From assembly GCF_009914755.1 (NCBI RefSeq), contig NC_060948.1: DNA of 64,000 nucleotides. One strand, 5' to 3'. Both the position numbers and the translations under genes were made by a program. This stretch comes from the human T2T-CHM13v2.0 reference genome, Homo sapiens. Positions within the stretch are counted from its first letter, which is position 1. Each line of letters starts with the position of its first letter. Under the pieces are notes generated by a model, which saw only the letters and a list, made by a program, of their open reading frames with translations, did no database searches and was not told the DNA's origin. This document shows positions 30,350 to 47,759 of the stretch, piece after piece.

Positions 30350-31541
30350 AGAAAAATTTGACTCTTTCTTCTACTCTATTACTCTTTCTTCTTTCCTTGC
30401 TCTATTGATGACCATCTAATTATTAACATAACAAAGTCAATTTAACCTCAAACTATTGTATTTAATGCTTGCCTTGTTATACCCTGTGGGGACTTGCCAA
30501 GTCAAGGACAGCTCTCTACTTCAGAAAAGTACCGCTCTCCCTCCTGACTCTCCTCAGACTGGGCTTTAGTAAATTAGCACCATTTAATCCAGGGAAATTT
30601 CAGTAAAGACTCCAGTGTCAACCAGGAGTCTTGCCCCCAAATTTAGAGCTTTTTTGCCATAGCTGGTCCCACATTCTGTGGACCACCAAAGAGCAATGAT
30701 AGACTGCCCCAACCAATTTTTGTAATTTCCTAAAATCATACATTCATTTTACTAGAGGATCATAGAAGTTAAAGACTTAAAACAAACTTTGGCAATTAAG
30801 ACAGGATACCAAGATGCAAATGCCTGGTTGAAATAGATCAAATATTCCATACACACATTAAAGAAAAGCACTTGTTACGCTTGTGTACATGGCAGGCCAG
30901 AGGCCCAGATTGTCCTCTTTCCACTAAGGTGGTCCTCCAGTCGACCAGGCATGGGCCAAATGGTAGCTCTTTTCCAGGATTCTACAGCCTGGAGTAATAA
31001 GTTGTGCCAAGCTCTCTCTGCTATAGCCCAAAGTCTGGCACCCTGCGGGTCAGCCCCCGGGGGCCATCCAGCTTCCATCTCCCAACACTAAGTTCACTTC
31101 GTGTCCCTCAGGACAGGGAGGAAACATAGCATTCCTTTGAGACCTGAAGGGATCCTGTGAGCTTAAGAATTTTCAAGAGCTTATCAGTCAGCCCTTGTTC
31201 ATCCCCGAGCAGATGTGTAGTGGTATTGTTGTGGACCTTTACTGGACACTCTGCCAAATAACTGGAGTGGGACTTGTACTTTAGTCCAATTGGCTATCCC
31301 TTTCACCATGGCATTTCCTCAACCAGAGGGAGGAAAAGTAAGACATCGTAAAGTGAGAGAAGGCTCTTATGGGTCTTTCAACTCTCACATCTCTTTAGAC
31401 ACAATTGGAGTCCCATGGGTAATACCAGATCAATTTAAAGCTTGAAACCAAATAGCTGCAAGATTTGAGTCAATATTTTGGTGGGTGACCATTAATAAAA
31501 TTGTAGATTGGATAAACTACATCTATTAAAACCAACAGCAA
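30350..31541 (+). pseudogene. env remnant (HERV-I/IP-like) within Harlequin
   Basis: Basic cleavage motif RHRKVR, then IGVPWVIPDQFKA*NQIAARFESIFWWVTINKIVDWINYIY*NQQ. Confidence 0.65.
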
Positions 31542-31754
31542 TAAGTTTTTCATGAGTTAAAAGAAAAACTCATATTGGCCCCAGCTCTGGGGCTACCTGA
31601 CCTGACAAAACCCTTTACACTCTATATGTCAGAAAGAGAAAAAATGGCGGTTGGAGTTTTGATCCAGACTGTGGGGCCCTAGCCGAGGCTGGTAGCCTGC
31701 CTCTCCAAACAGCTAGATGGAGTTTCTAAGGGTTGGCCCCCATGCTTAAGAGCC

Positions 31755-33775
<2,021 letters not shown>

Positions 33776-35346
33776 CCTCCAGCCTTCCCGACCAGGGCCA
33801 CTCCCCTGGTTGGGGAGGCCCTGGTCCAGGAGGTCTCCTGTGTCATTGAACTACATTTTCTTTCTTTGGAATTAAGCATAATACCTATAATTGCTTCATA
33901 TGTTTTTAAAGCAACTCTATTAATTATTTACAAACTATGTACTGGAAAATTTCTTAAGATAATGGGATTTTTTTAAATATCAAAATAAAGTTCTGCCTTA
34001 TGCTAATGTGCTCAGATATTTGGATATGTTTGATCACAGCACTAGAATTTGTCAAAGATATAACCAAAAATGGCACGATTAAATATTTTGATTGTTGGTA
34101 TTTGCAAGCCTGATGGCAACCTTAATCCAAAAATCATAACATAGATACACAAAAAATAAAAAGAAAGAAATTTAAGTCATGTCACCAGAGAAAATCAACT
34201 TCGCTAGAGGCAGACAGGAAGGACAGAAAGAAAAGCAGGAAGACCATGAAACAACCAGAAAAAAATATAACAAAATAGCAGGAGGAAATCCTTACTTATC
34301 AATAACATTGAGTATAAATGAACTAAACTCTCTAATCAAAAGCCATAGTCTAGCTGAATGAATGAAAAACAAGACCCATTTATCTGTTTCCCACAGGTAA
34401 CACACTTCACCTATATAAAAACACATGTATACTAAAAATAAAGAAATGAATAAAAGATATACCAAGTCAATGGAAACAAAAAAGAAGCAGGACTCACTCT
34501 CAATATAGATTTCAAGACAGGAACCATAAGAAGAGACATAGAATATCACTATAAAAAGATAATAGGGTCAATTCAGCAAGATTTTAAATTTTTTAACTTA
34601 ATTGTTGTTTAATTGTTAAAAATTTTAAATTGTTCAAATTTATTTAACAATTTTAAATAAACATGCACGCAACACTGGAGTACCCAGGTATATAAAGAAA
34701 CTACTATTCATGATAAAGAGAGAGACTGGCCCCAGTACAGTAATAGCTAGAGATTTCAACACTTCATTTTCAGGTCTAGACAGATCTTCCAGACAGAAAA
34801 TCAACAACGAATCATCAGATTTAATCTGCAGTATTGACCAAATAAATTGAATTAATATTTGCAGAATATTTCACCCAAGAACTTCAAAATTTCTACTCTT
34901 TTTCTCAGCACATGGGTTATTCTCAAGGATAGACCACATGTTATATGTGGTAACACATTCGTAACACATTCAAAAACTTGGAAATACTTTTTTTTGCAGT
35001 TAATATCAAGCATTCTCTCTGACCACAGTGGAATAAAATTAGAAATTAAAAACAAAAGGAATTTTGGAAATTATACAACTAAGTAGACATTAAACAATTG
35101 GCTCCTTAAAAGGTACTTTCATTTACAATAGCCACACATAAAATTAGATATCTAAAAATTAACCAAATAAGTGAAAGAGCTCCATAATAAAACTTATAAA
35201 ACACTGATGAAACAAATTGAAGAGAACACCAAAAATGAAAGAATATTTCATGTTCATAGATTGAAAGAATCAACATTGTTGAAAGTGCCTATACTACCCA
35301 AAGCAATCTATAGATTCAATGCAATCCATATAAAAATATCAATAAT

Positions 35347-35653
35347 GGCCAGGGGCAGTGGCTCACACCTGTAATCCCAGCACTTTGGGAAGTCAAGACA
35401 GTCAGATCACCTGAGGTCAGGAGTTTGAGACCAGCCCGACCAAAATGGAGAAACCCCCTCTCTACTAAAAATATACAAAGTTAGCCAGGTGTGGTGGCAT
35501 ATGCCCGTAATCCTAGCTCCTTAGGAGGCTGAGGCAGGAGAATTGCTTGAACCCAGAAGGCGGATGTTGCAGTGAGCCAAAATCGAGATTGCACCATTAC
35601 TTTCCAGCCTGGGCAACAAAAGCAAAACTCAATCTTTAAAAAAAAAAAAAAAA
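35347..35653 (+). mobile_element. Alu (AluS-like)
   Basis: Full dimer with A tail. Confidence 0.92.
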
Positions 35654-35704
35654 TCAGTAATATTCTTCACAGAAATAGAAAAAAAATCCTAAAATCCTAA
35701 AATT

Positions 35705-35995
<291 letters not shown>

Positions 35996-36516
35996 TTATA
36001 AAACTTATGTGAAAACACAAAAGACTTAATAGTCAAAAATAGCCAAAGCAAAAAGAATAAAGCAGGAGGCATTGCCTTACCTGACTTCAAATTATACTAC
36101 TTAGCCATAGTAACCAAAATACCATGTTACTGGCATCAAAACAGACACATAGACCAATGGAACAGGATACGGAACCCAAAAACAAATCTACACACCTACA
36201 GTGAACTAGTTTTTGACAAAGATGCCAAGAACATACATTGGAGAAATGACAATCTCTTCAATAAATGGTGCTCGAAAAACTGGATATGCACATGCAGAAG
36301 AAAGAGACTAGACCCCCATCTATTGCCATATATAAAAATCAAATCAAAATGAATTAAAGATTTAAATCTAAGGTCTCAAATCATTAGACTACTACAAAAA
36401 AAATTGGTAAAAATCTCCAGGACATGAGCCTAGGCAAAAATTTCTTTTGCAATACCCCACAAGCATAGGCAACCAAAGCAAAAATGAATAAATGGAATCA
36501 CATCCAGTTAAAAAGC

Positions 36517-36935
36517 AATGATAGACTGAATAAAGAAAATGTGGTACATATGTACCATGGAATACTAGGCAGCCATAGAAAAGAATGAGATCAAATCCTT
36601 TTCAGGAACATGGATGGAGTTGGAGGCCATTATCCTTAGCAAACTAAAACGGGAACAGAAAACCAAATACAGCATGTACTCACTTATGAGTGGGAGCTAA
36701 ATGATGAGAACACCTGGGCACATAGAGGGGATTGACACACACTAGGGCCTTTTGGATCATGGAGGGTGGGAGGAGGGTGAGAAGCAGGAAAAATAACTAA
36801 TGGGTACTGGGCTTAATACCTGTGTGATGAAATAATCTCTACAACAAACCCCATGAGAGAAATTTACCTGTGTAACAAACTTGTACTTGTAACCCTGAAC
36901 ATAAAATTTAAAGAAATAAAATAATTAAAAATAAA
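36517..36935 (+). mobile_element. 5'-truncated L1 3' end (L1PA13-16-like) nested in the L1MA
   Basis: 'gggagctaaatgatgagaacac...aaataactaatgggtactgggcttaatacc' plus an A-rich tail. Host ORF2 resumes at 'cttctgcacag'. Confidence 0.8.
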
Positions 36936-37586
36936 AACCTTCTGCACAGAAAAGGAAACAGTCAACAAAGTGAAGAGACAACCCACAGAATAGAAGAAAA
37001 TATTTGCAAACTACCCATCTGACAAAGCATTAATTACCAGCATATATAAATAGCTCAAACAACTCTATAGGGAAAAAAAAATCTAACAATCTGATAAAAA
37101 AAATGCATAAAAGATTTAAATAGACGTTTCTCAGAGGAAGACATACAAAGGGCAAACAGGCATGTGAAGATGTGCTCAATATCATTGATCACCCAAGAAA
37201 TGTAAATCAAAACCACAATGAGATATCATCCTACCTTAGTTAAAATGGTTTATATACAAAAGACAGGCAGTAATAAATGCTGGTGAGGATGTGGAGAAAG
37301 GGAACCCTCATATAAGTTGGAGCTAATGTAAAATGCAAATTAGTACAACCACTATGGAGAACAGTTGGAGGGTCCTCAAAAAAAAAATAAAAATAAAAAT
37401 AAAAACTGAAACTTGAGATACCATATGACTCAGAGTCCTACTGCTGAGTATATACCCAAAAGAATGGAAATTCATATATTGAAGAGATATCTACACTCCT
37501 GTTTGTTTTAGCATTGTTTACAATAGATAAGATTTGCAAGCAACCTAAGTGTCCATCAGCAGATGAATGGATAAAGAAAATGTAGT

Positions 37587-37867
37587 GGCTGGCCATGGTG
37601 GCTCACACCTGTAATCCCAGCACTTTGGGAGGCCGAGGCAGGGGGATCACGAGGTCAGGAGTTCGAGACCAGGCTGGCCAATATGGTGTCACCCCGTATC
37701 TACTAAAAAATACAAAAATTAGCCAGGTGTGGTGGTGAGCACCTGTAGTCCCAGCTACTGGGGAGGCTGAGGCAAGAGAATCGCTTGAACCAGGGAGGCA
37801 GACTGTTGCAGTGAGCTGAGATCATGCCACTGCACTCCAGCCTGGGCAACAGAGTGAGACTTTGTCT

Positions 37868-37899
<32 letters not shown>

Positions 37900-37906
37900 A
37901 GAAAGA
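37587..37906 (+). mobile_element. Alu (AluS-like) with TSD
   Basis: Flanked by aaagaaaatgtagt and aaagaaaatgtggt. Confidence 0.93.
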
Positions 37907-38117
37907 AAAGAAAATGTGGTACATATACACAATGAAGTACTATTCAGCCATAAAAAAAAATAAGATCCAGTCATTTGCAACAAGATAAATAGAACGGGAC
38001 ATCATGTTAAGTGAAATGAACCAGGCACAGAATAACAAACATCACATGTTCTCACTAATTACTGGGATCTGAAAAATCATAACAATTGAGCACATGAACA
38101 TAGAGAATAGAAGGATT

Positions 38118-38410
38118 GGGCCAGTCATGGTGGCTCACACCTGTAATCCCAGTACTTTGGGAGGCCAAGGAAGTCAGATTGCTCAAGTCCAGGACTTTGA
38201 GACCAGCCTGAGCAACATAGTGAAATGCCATCTCTACTAAACATACAAAAATGAGCCAAGCATGGTGGTGCACACCTGCAGTCCCAGCTACTTTGCAGGC
38301 TGAGGTGAAAGAATCATCTGAGCCTCCAGAGGTCGTAGCTGCAGTGAGCCAAGATCACACCATTTCACTCCACCCTTGGCGACATAATGAGACCCTGATT
38401 CAAAAAGGAA
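38118..38410 (+). mobile_element. Old Alu (AluJ-like)
   Basis: Diverged dimer 'ggccagtcatggtggctcacacctgtaatccc...gcagtgagccaagatcacacc'. Confidence 0.85.
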
Positions 38411-38624
38411 ACGGAGAGAGAGGAGAGAGAGAGAGTAGGCAGATGGTTGCCAGAGGCTGGGAAAGGTAGTGGGAGTCTCAGCAGGGAGATGGAGGTGATT
38501 AATCAGTACCAAAAAAAATAGTTAAAAAAAATTAATAACATCTAGTATTTGATAGCAGAACCAGATGACTATAATCAATAATAACATAATTATATATTTT
38601 TAAATAACTTAAAGAGTATAATTG

Positions 38625-38915
38625 GGGCTGGGAATGGTGGTTCATGCCTATAATCCCAGGACTTTGGGAGTCCAAGGTGGCCAGATCACCTGAGGTCAGG
38701 AGTTCAGGACCAGCCTGGCCAACATGGTGAAACCCTGTCTCTACTAAAAAATACAAAATTAGCCAGGCATGGTGGTGGGCACCTGTAATCCCAGCTACTC
38801 AGGAGGCTGAGACAGGAGAATTGCTTGAACCTGGGAGGTGGAGGTTGCGGTGAGCCAGGATAGCACCATTGTAATCCAGCCTGGGCGACAAGAGTGAAAC
38901 TCCATCTCTAAAAAA
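38625..38915 (+). mobile_element. Alu (AluS-like)
   Basis: Full dimer; flanks aagagtataatt and aagagtaaaatt. Confidence 0.92.
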
Positions 38916-39974
38916 GAAGAGTAAAATTTGATTGTTTGTAACACCAAAGATAAATGCTTAGGGAATGGACACCTCCTACTCCATGATGTGCTTATTTAAC
39001 ATTGCATGCCCCTATCAAAACATCTTATATACCCCATAAATAGATACCTCTACTATACACCCACAAAAACTAAATAAAAATAAATAAATATATTGATTTC
39101 TGTATTTGGGTAATACATACTGTATGATAAATAGACAATAAATATAATGATAAAATGAGACAATTTCATTAATTCACATCAATTATAAAGACTCTAAGAT
39201 ATTTGCACACAGAACCTTAAAAAATTAATTGTCAAATACCTTGATAGAAATCACCACATAACAGGTGTGAAAGAGCATTAGGTGCTATGGTTATTGTGTC
39301 TCAAAATAGTGTCTTTATTTTATACTTTCAAAAAATTTGCAAAAACTTGGTCTTTGGAATACAACTTTTAATTGTTAAAGCTATAGAGGTTTCACATGTG
39401 TATAATTTGCTTCATACAATGCTTATTTCAAAGTGTTATATATAGGAGCTGAATATGTTTTTAGTAACAGTGGTACTCAGGATACATAAACTAGTTTCAG
39501 TTATTCTGAGTATGCTATGATTGTCAGCTATCTGGATATTAGACAGCGTAGGTAACAATTTCAAATTATTGTTCAGTGAGCAATATAAATGGACACAAAG
39601 TCTGACATAGGAAAAAAATGGAAATACTATTTTGACAGTTACCTGTCAACCTACTTCTTTAATTGCAAATAAAATATGAGATTACATCAAAAGAAAACAC
39701 ATGTTAATTTACTTCACATATGATGCTTTTTAAAGTTCACTGGAGTCTTAAAAGTATGTAGTAATATATACATATGCTCCATTTACCTGCAGTAAACCAA
39801 GAAGTAAGGGGGGGGCCATGACACTTTTCTACTTACACCCTGATTGTTTTGTTTCATTGTGATAAACCAGAATTTCATAAATCCAGGGTACCTTTGTCTA
39901 CTACAGTAAGCTGTGAATCTTTTATAATAAACTACAACATACTTTTTTTTTTAGGAAACTGTACCTGGCTGTTA

Positions 39975-40412
<438 letters not shown>

Positions 40413-40664
40413 TCATTTATTAATTATGTTAGAATAGATTTTGTAGATTTTTGAATTAATCATTTGTGTTTAAATTGAAATTAAGTTGATATATTTAAAT
40501 AATAAAAAATTCCATTAGATTTGTAACTAGTAGTCCAATAATTCAGAATAATTAAGAGTAACAAATTTTATTCTTTTTCAGTGATCCATCAGGACTAAAA
40601 TGTATAGGGGGAAAAAGGTATTTTTGTTATTTGCAAACACTATCATTTAACACCTAGTTCACAG

Positions 40665-40892
40665 TCATAGATTATCCCCCTGTTTCTGAATAGGTTATTT
40701 GGCAATGTATGGAGGCATTTTTAGCTGTCACAACTGTAGGGAAGGAATGGATAGTAGTGGTAACAGCTCCTGGTGAGCAGAGGTCAGAGGTGCTGCTAAG
40801 CCTCCTACAATGTACAGGACAGTTAACCAAAGCAGCAGAACAAAATGTATCCAGCCCCAAATAACAAAAATGCCTAGTTTTGGAAGACTTGT
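40665..40892. mobile_element. MER20 hAT-Charlie relic
   Basis: 'atttggcaatgtatggaggcatttttagctgtcacaactg', 'agaggtcagaggtgctgctaagcctcctacaatgtacaggacag', 'tatccagccccaaat'. Confidence 0.8.
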
Positions 40893-41086
40893 GTTAACCT
40901 AACAGTGGCACTTTGCATTAGAGGCTTTTGCATAGAGGCTTTTGGGTAGTGGATCGCGTATTTCTTCCCAGTTTCCAAATATTAGAAATCATAGCTTAGT
41001 GTACTAATAACTTAGATTAATAAAAATAAAGTTTATTGATAAACTTTAGCTCAATTAACCTAGTTTATATAAATAATACTTGGTAT

Positions 41087-41483
41087 TGATACTGATAGAA
41101 ATGTGAGGCAGCCAAGGGCCCCCCACAGCCTTCTCCCTGGTGAAACCCTGCCTTCAAACCTAAAACAGCCTGAAAACTGAAAAATCGGACTGCTGATCTG
41201 GGAGAATCTCCAACTAGCCTGTGCACTGGGAGAATGGAGTGGAGCCACCGAAGTTCCCTTCATTTGCAGAAGGGAGGAGCCCAGCCTTTGGAGTTCCTGT
41301 GTGATAGGGCAGGAGCCAATTAACAGGCTTCCCTCTCACACTGCTGACAATTTTTCTCCTTTTCCTTTTTTTGCCCAATAAATTCTGTTTTTCTCTCCAT
41401 TCTGTGTGTCCACAAGCCTAATTTTTCTTGGATGTGTGACAAGAACCTGGATTTTAGCTGAACTGAGGAGAAAGTCCTACAAC
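41087..41483 (+). mobile_element. Solo ERV1-class LTR, subfamily uncertain
   Basis: TG...CA ends, 'aataaa' near 41378, U5-like 'gtgacaagaacctggattttagctgaactgaggagaaagtcctacaaca'. Confidence 0.65.
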
Positions 41484-41900
41484 AATATCTTTCAAGGCAA
41501 ATTCTTATTGTTAACATATATAACTAAGTAAGAAATATTTGTTGTTGTGAGAGAAACCACATAGGTATATGTGCGGTGTGAACCTGCAAAATTTGAGACA
41601 GGTCTCAGTTAATTTAGAAGGTTTATGTTGCCAAGGTTGAGAATGTGTGCCTGTGACACAGCCTAGGAAGTCCTGATGACATATGTGCAAGGTGGTTGGG
41701 GCACAGCTTGGTTTTATGCATTTTAGGGAGACATAAGACATCAATATATGTAAAAGTATGTAGGTTCTGATCAGAACGGCAGGGCAACTCGAACCAGAGA
41801 GGGGGCTTCCAGGTCTTAAATAAGTAAGAGACAAATGTTTGCATTATTTTGAGTTTCTGATTGGCCTTTCCAAAGAAGGCAATCAGAATATGCATCTATT

Positions 41901-42210
<310 letters not shown>

Positions 42211-42295
42211 CTATCTCAGTGAGCAGAGGAATAACTTTAAATAGAATGGGAAGCAGGTTGCCCCCAAGCAGTTCCCAGAGTTACTATTTTCTTAG

Positions 42296-42944
<649 letters not shown>

Positions 42945-44814
42945 CTTCCTTTTCTTTTTAAAAATATTTTGGAGAAAACATTTCAGAAAAAAATGAGTCT
43001 CCGTCTCAGTTTTCATATGATCTGTCATGGATAGGATGGTTTATTACTAGACAGATCCTGAAAGCTAATTTTTAGCAGGTTGTCAAGTCTCCTTTCCTAT
43101 GAAGAGAAAATAGGTGGAAGAAGAGAGAAAAACAACAACAAACAAAAGAACAATACTGGAAAATTGTTACAGTCTATATTCTTCTGAAATTCATACATCA
43201 GTAGGCAGGTATGAACGTGGCTTATGTATGTAAATAGGTTGTTGTTATTTTCATGTGAAGTTTAAGTTGTGTGGCTTCAGTTTGCAGGGCTTTAAGAAAG
43301 CACAGCTTAGTTTTCCATGACCCCAAATTAGGAAAAATGGGGGAGGGTAATGAGAAAAAACCTTGGAAAAATTATTTTGAAGACTTGTAGCCAAGAAAAA
43401 AATAGAATTCAGCCCAAACTGTAGAAAATAATAAAAGTTGAATAAAACATTAGGCAAGACTAGAATCTAATAACGGGTTTACTCTAGTTTTTGAAACATA
43501 TTTTTTTCTCTATCCAGTTTCCAATTTTTACTAGAGACAAATCATGGTAGGATCAATTTGCTTTATTTTACTTGGCCAGATTATTTGTATAAACTACAGC
43601 AAAAGTAAGTATTTTTCACATAGGCTTTTTTAAAAATTGGCTATAATGTGACTTTCTCCATAGAAGGAATCTCAGATGAGACTTTTATAAAGCCCAGCCC
43701 ATCCCTGGCTTTGTACAATCAAATACCTATGAGCTCGGTGAATTTCCTCTCCTCTTTTGGGTCCAAAATTAACTTGGAGCTTCTGTCCCTGTCAGAAAGT
43801 GACATTCTTTACTTACCACAGGTCAGGAAGCCTGTATGGGGACTCTGTACACAAAATATGTAACCACTTTTTCCAAGGACTTTATTGGCTCTGTAAATCA
43901 AGTTTGATTCCTTAAAAGAAGAATATCATTCCAGTCAATGCTGTGGTAAAATAACCAGTTTCTCCAATAGATTGTTACTGTGCTTATGCAAATAGCTATA
44001 TTGCTATAAGTTAAGAATACTCACAAATACTTTCCAAATTCTGGAGAAATCAGGTCAAGAGAAACAAATATGCTCCACATTTTATTCATATGTATTTATT
44101 AAATTATTAAAAGCTGACAATAGCACAAAAGAAAAATTTCAAGACTGAAAAACAAGGGATCAGCAATGTTTTAAGCAAAAAGTCAAGAAGTTCATATTCA
44201 TATTCAGTTCATGCAGTTATTCCTATTCTGCTTGATATTCCGGAACATTTAAATTCTCCATGAGTCCTGAAAGTTTTTCCTCTATTCTGATGTCACAATC
44301 TCCAAAGTTATCAGAAACCTGAATTCAAGAGCATCTGTTAGAGTTTATAGCTGATTATAAAACCACCTTCTAAAGAGGATCAAAATAAAACAACAGTTGT
44401 TTGTAAATCACAAAAAGTTTTAGGCAATCAGATATGCATCTATCTCAGTGAGCAGAGGGGTGACTTTGAATAGAATGAGAGGCAAGTTTTTCCTGAGCAG
44501 TTCCCAGCTTGACTTTTCACTTTAGCTTAGTAATTTTGGGGTCCTATGATTTTCCTTTTATACTATTAAGGTTTCTGTTTATCTACCTCGGTCACAATAA
44601 GCAGATTCAGTATTGACTACTGTGTAGAAGCTTCTTGTCTTAGGAATGTAGTCTACCTTGTAGAGTTGTCAGTTTAGACACTTCATTGCTTATATTGAAA
44701 AGAAAAATGCAAAGAATTTCCTTTTACTGTTTATACCACTTCCACAAAAAAGAGTTACTTCTGTTAATCTTCCTAGAATGAGAAAGCAAGTAGAAGTTCA
44801 ATACCTAGATAATG

Positions 44815-45105
44815 TTGTTGTTGTCATTGAAATAAAGTCTCACTCTGTCACCTAAGGCTGGAGTGTAGTGTCACAGTTTCAACTCACAGCAGCCTTGACT
44901 TCCCAGGCACAACTTATCCCACCTCAGCCTCTCAAGTAGCTGGGATTGCAGGTGTGCACCCCTACACCTGGCTAACTTTTGTATTTTTTGTAGACAGGGT
45001 CTCTATGTTTCCCAGGCTTATCTCAAACCCCTGGGCTCAGGTAATCCCCATGACTTGGTCTCCCACAGAGCTGGAATTACAGGCAGGAGCCACTGTGCCC
45101 AGCCA
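44815..45105 (-). mobile_element. Old Alu (AluJ-like)
   Basis: 'agtctcactctgtcacctaaggctggagtgtagtg...gagccactgtgcccagcc'. Confidence 0.85.
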
Positions 45106-45247
45106 AAAGCCTAAAAAAATTTCCTGAAGAAGTTTGTCACTTAATCAACCCAAAGGATGCTAGATACTGTTTCTATTTGTATCTAATATCCTATTTATAA
45201 TTGTTTCTAGTATCCTATAGCTTAAGTGACAAACTTCAGGAAAATTC

Positions 45248-46790
45248 TATTATATATAATGTATACCTGGTATATTATATAATATAAAACATAATTATAT
45301 AATATTATATAATTATACAATATATAATATAATTATAATATATAAATATATAACATAGCTGGTATATCATATATAATGGGTAATATATAAGATAACATGT
45401 ATTATATATCACTTATGTATATAATATATGTTATATGTAATGTCATATATAACAATTGTTATACTATATTATGTAATATATAAAATATACAACATATATA
45501 ATTATATAACATAATACATGTTACATATGTTATATATAATATAATTATATATAATATATATGTATATATAACATTTAAATACAATAATATATTATATAAT
45601 TATATAATATTTTATATATTTATATAAAATACATAAAATATATAAAATAAAATATATAAAATATAATAATATATCATATATTATAATATATATTTATATA
45701 TTACTTATATATTATATATTATAATATATATTTATATATTATAATATATATTTATTACTTATATAATATATTATATATTATAATATATATTACTTATATA
45801 ATATATTATATATATTATATAAATATATAAATATATATATAATATATTGTGTAAATATATAAATATATATAATATATTGTATATTATATAAATATAAATA
45901 TATAAGAATATATTATATATTATATATATTACATTATATATAATATATTACATATTATATAATATATTATATTATTATAATTATATATAATAATTATATA
46001 TAATTATATATTATATATTTTATTATTATAATTATATATATAATATATTATATTATATATAATATAATATGTAACATATAACATATATTATATTATATTG
46101 TATACATTATATGTATACAATATACCTGGTATATTATATAAATATATGTTTATATATTGTTATATATTATATTATATTATATATTACATATAAATATATA
46201 ATATGTATTTATACATTATGTTATATATCATACTATATAACAAATAACATATGAATATATATTTATATGCCAGGTATATATTACATGCCTATTATAAGTT
46301 TATAATTTATGATTTTTTGTATATAATTATATATAATATATAATTATTTTATATAACATATATAATAATTATATATTATATATAATTATATATATCATAT
46401 ATATTATATATATTATTTATTATATATAATTATTATATATAACATATATAATTATGTATAATATAATATAATATATGTTATATATAATATGCTATATATA
46501 ATATAATATGTTATATATAATATGCTATATATAATATAATATATGTTATATAATATGCCATATAAAATATAATTACATATGTTATATATGATATATAACA
46601 TATTTTATAATGTATAATATATACCTGGTATATTATATAAACCAGGTATATAATATATTACCAAGTGTATGTTATATATTATAGAATAATAACAGGTTTA
46701 TGTAACAGATTTATATAATATACCAGGTATATATTGCATACCTATTATAAGCTTATAATTTATGATTTTTTGTATATTAAAATTTACTAC
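45248..46790. repeat. ~1.5-kb TA-rich low-complexity tract with internal duplications
   Basis: Nearly pure A/T with recurring 'atacctggtatattatata' and 'ccaggtatata' anchors. Confidence 0.93.
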
Positions 46791-47759
46791 TAAAATAGGC
46801 TATTTATATTAAGATGACAATTAAAAAATTATCACACCTTATTTACAATCAAGTTTCAATTAATGTCATCATTACTATAACTGATTTTTCTTCTTTCCTC
46901 ATTACATTCTCAGGCTTGCCTAATACAAATCTCTTTTATTTCTATCTTGTTTCTCTTTTGATGATAATTTACACTCAGATTTTATCCCCTTCATAGAAAC
47001 TAGTTTTTGATTGTGATAAAACACAACACAACAGAAAATTTACAGTTCTAACTACTTTAGGTGTAAATTCAGTGGCATTAAGTACATTCACATTGGCAAC
47101 CATCATCACCATCGGTCTCCAGAACATTTTCACCTTTCCAAACTAGAAATTTAAACCAATTAGGCAATGCTTTCCTATCCCTTCTTATGCCCCTATCTGG
47201 CAACAAATATTCCACTTCCTGTCTGTGTGAATTTGATTACTTACATGAGTGGAATCACACAATATTTTTTATTTGGTGACTGGCTTGTTTCATTTAATGT
47301 ATTGACTTTGACACTCATTCATTTTGTAGCATGTGTCATAATTTTCTTATAAGACTATTCCATTGTGTGCATAAGCCATGTATTACTTTTATTTGTTGAT
47401 AGATATGAAAGGTTAGCCGGGAGAAAGAATGAACGGACCCAAAGTCAGGCAAGCAAGTTTTATTAACCTGCCGGTCTGCTCCACAGTAAACAGAGGAGGC
47501 AGCCCTGAGTTGACACACTAAGGGGGGCTTTATGGGGTTTGACTGTGGGGGCTGGCATGGCATACATTCTGAGTAAAACCACATCCTGGAGTTGTTTTGC
47601 TAAATTCTAACAGTGCTGCATTATTTGTAGCTCAGGTTACATAACACCTAAAGGAAATCGGGAGTGGGGATCCTTGCAGAAACAGGTGGCTAAGTTTCAC
47701 CTAACATTCCTTTTATTAATTTTAGGAAAAAGGAGCTTTGTGGTCATCAGGCTACCTCT

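Noticed and set aside
33776-33842. Possible 7SL RNA fragment
   Set aside because: Only patchy resemblance to the antisense 7SL S-domain; not enough to call.
39831-39920. Possible minus-strand micro-exon (cacag|...|gtaagt)
   Set aside because: No recognisable peptide and no partner exons identified.
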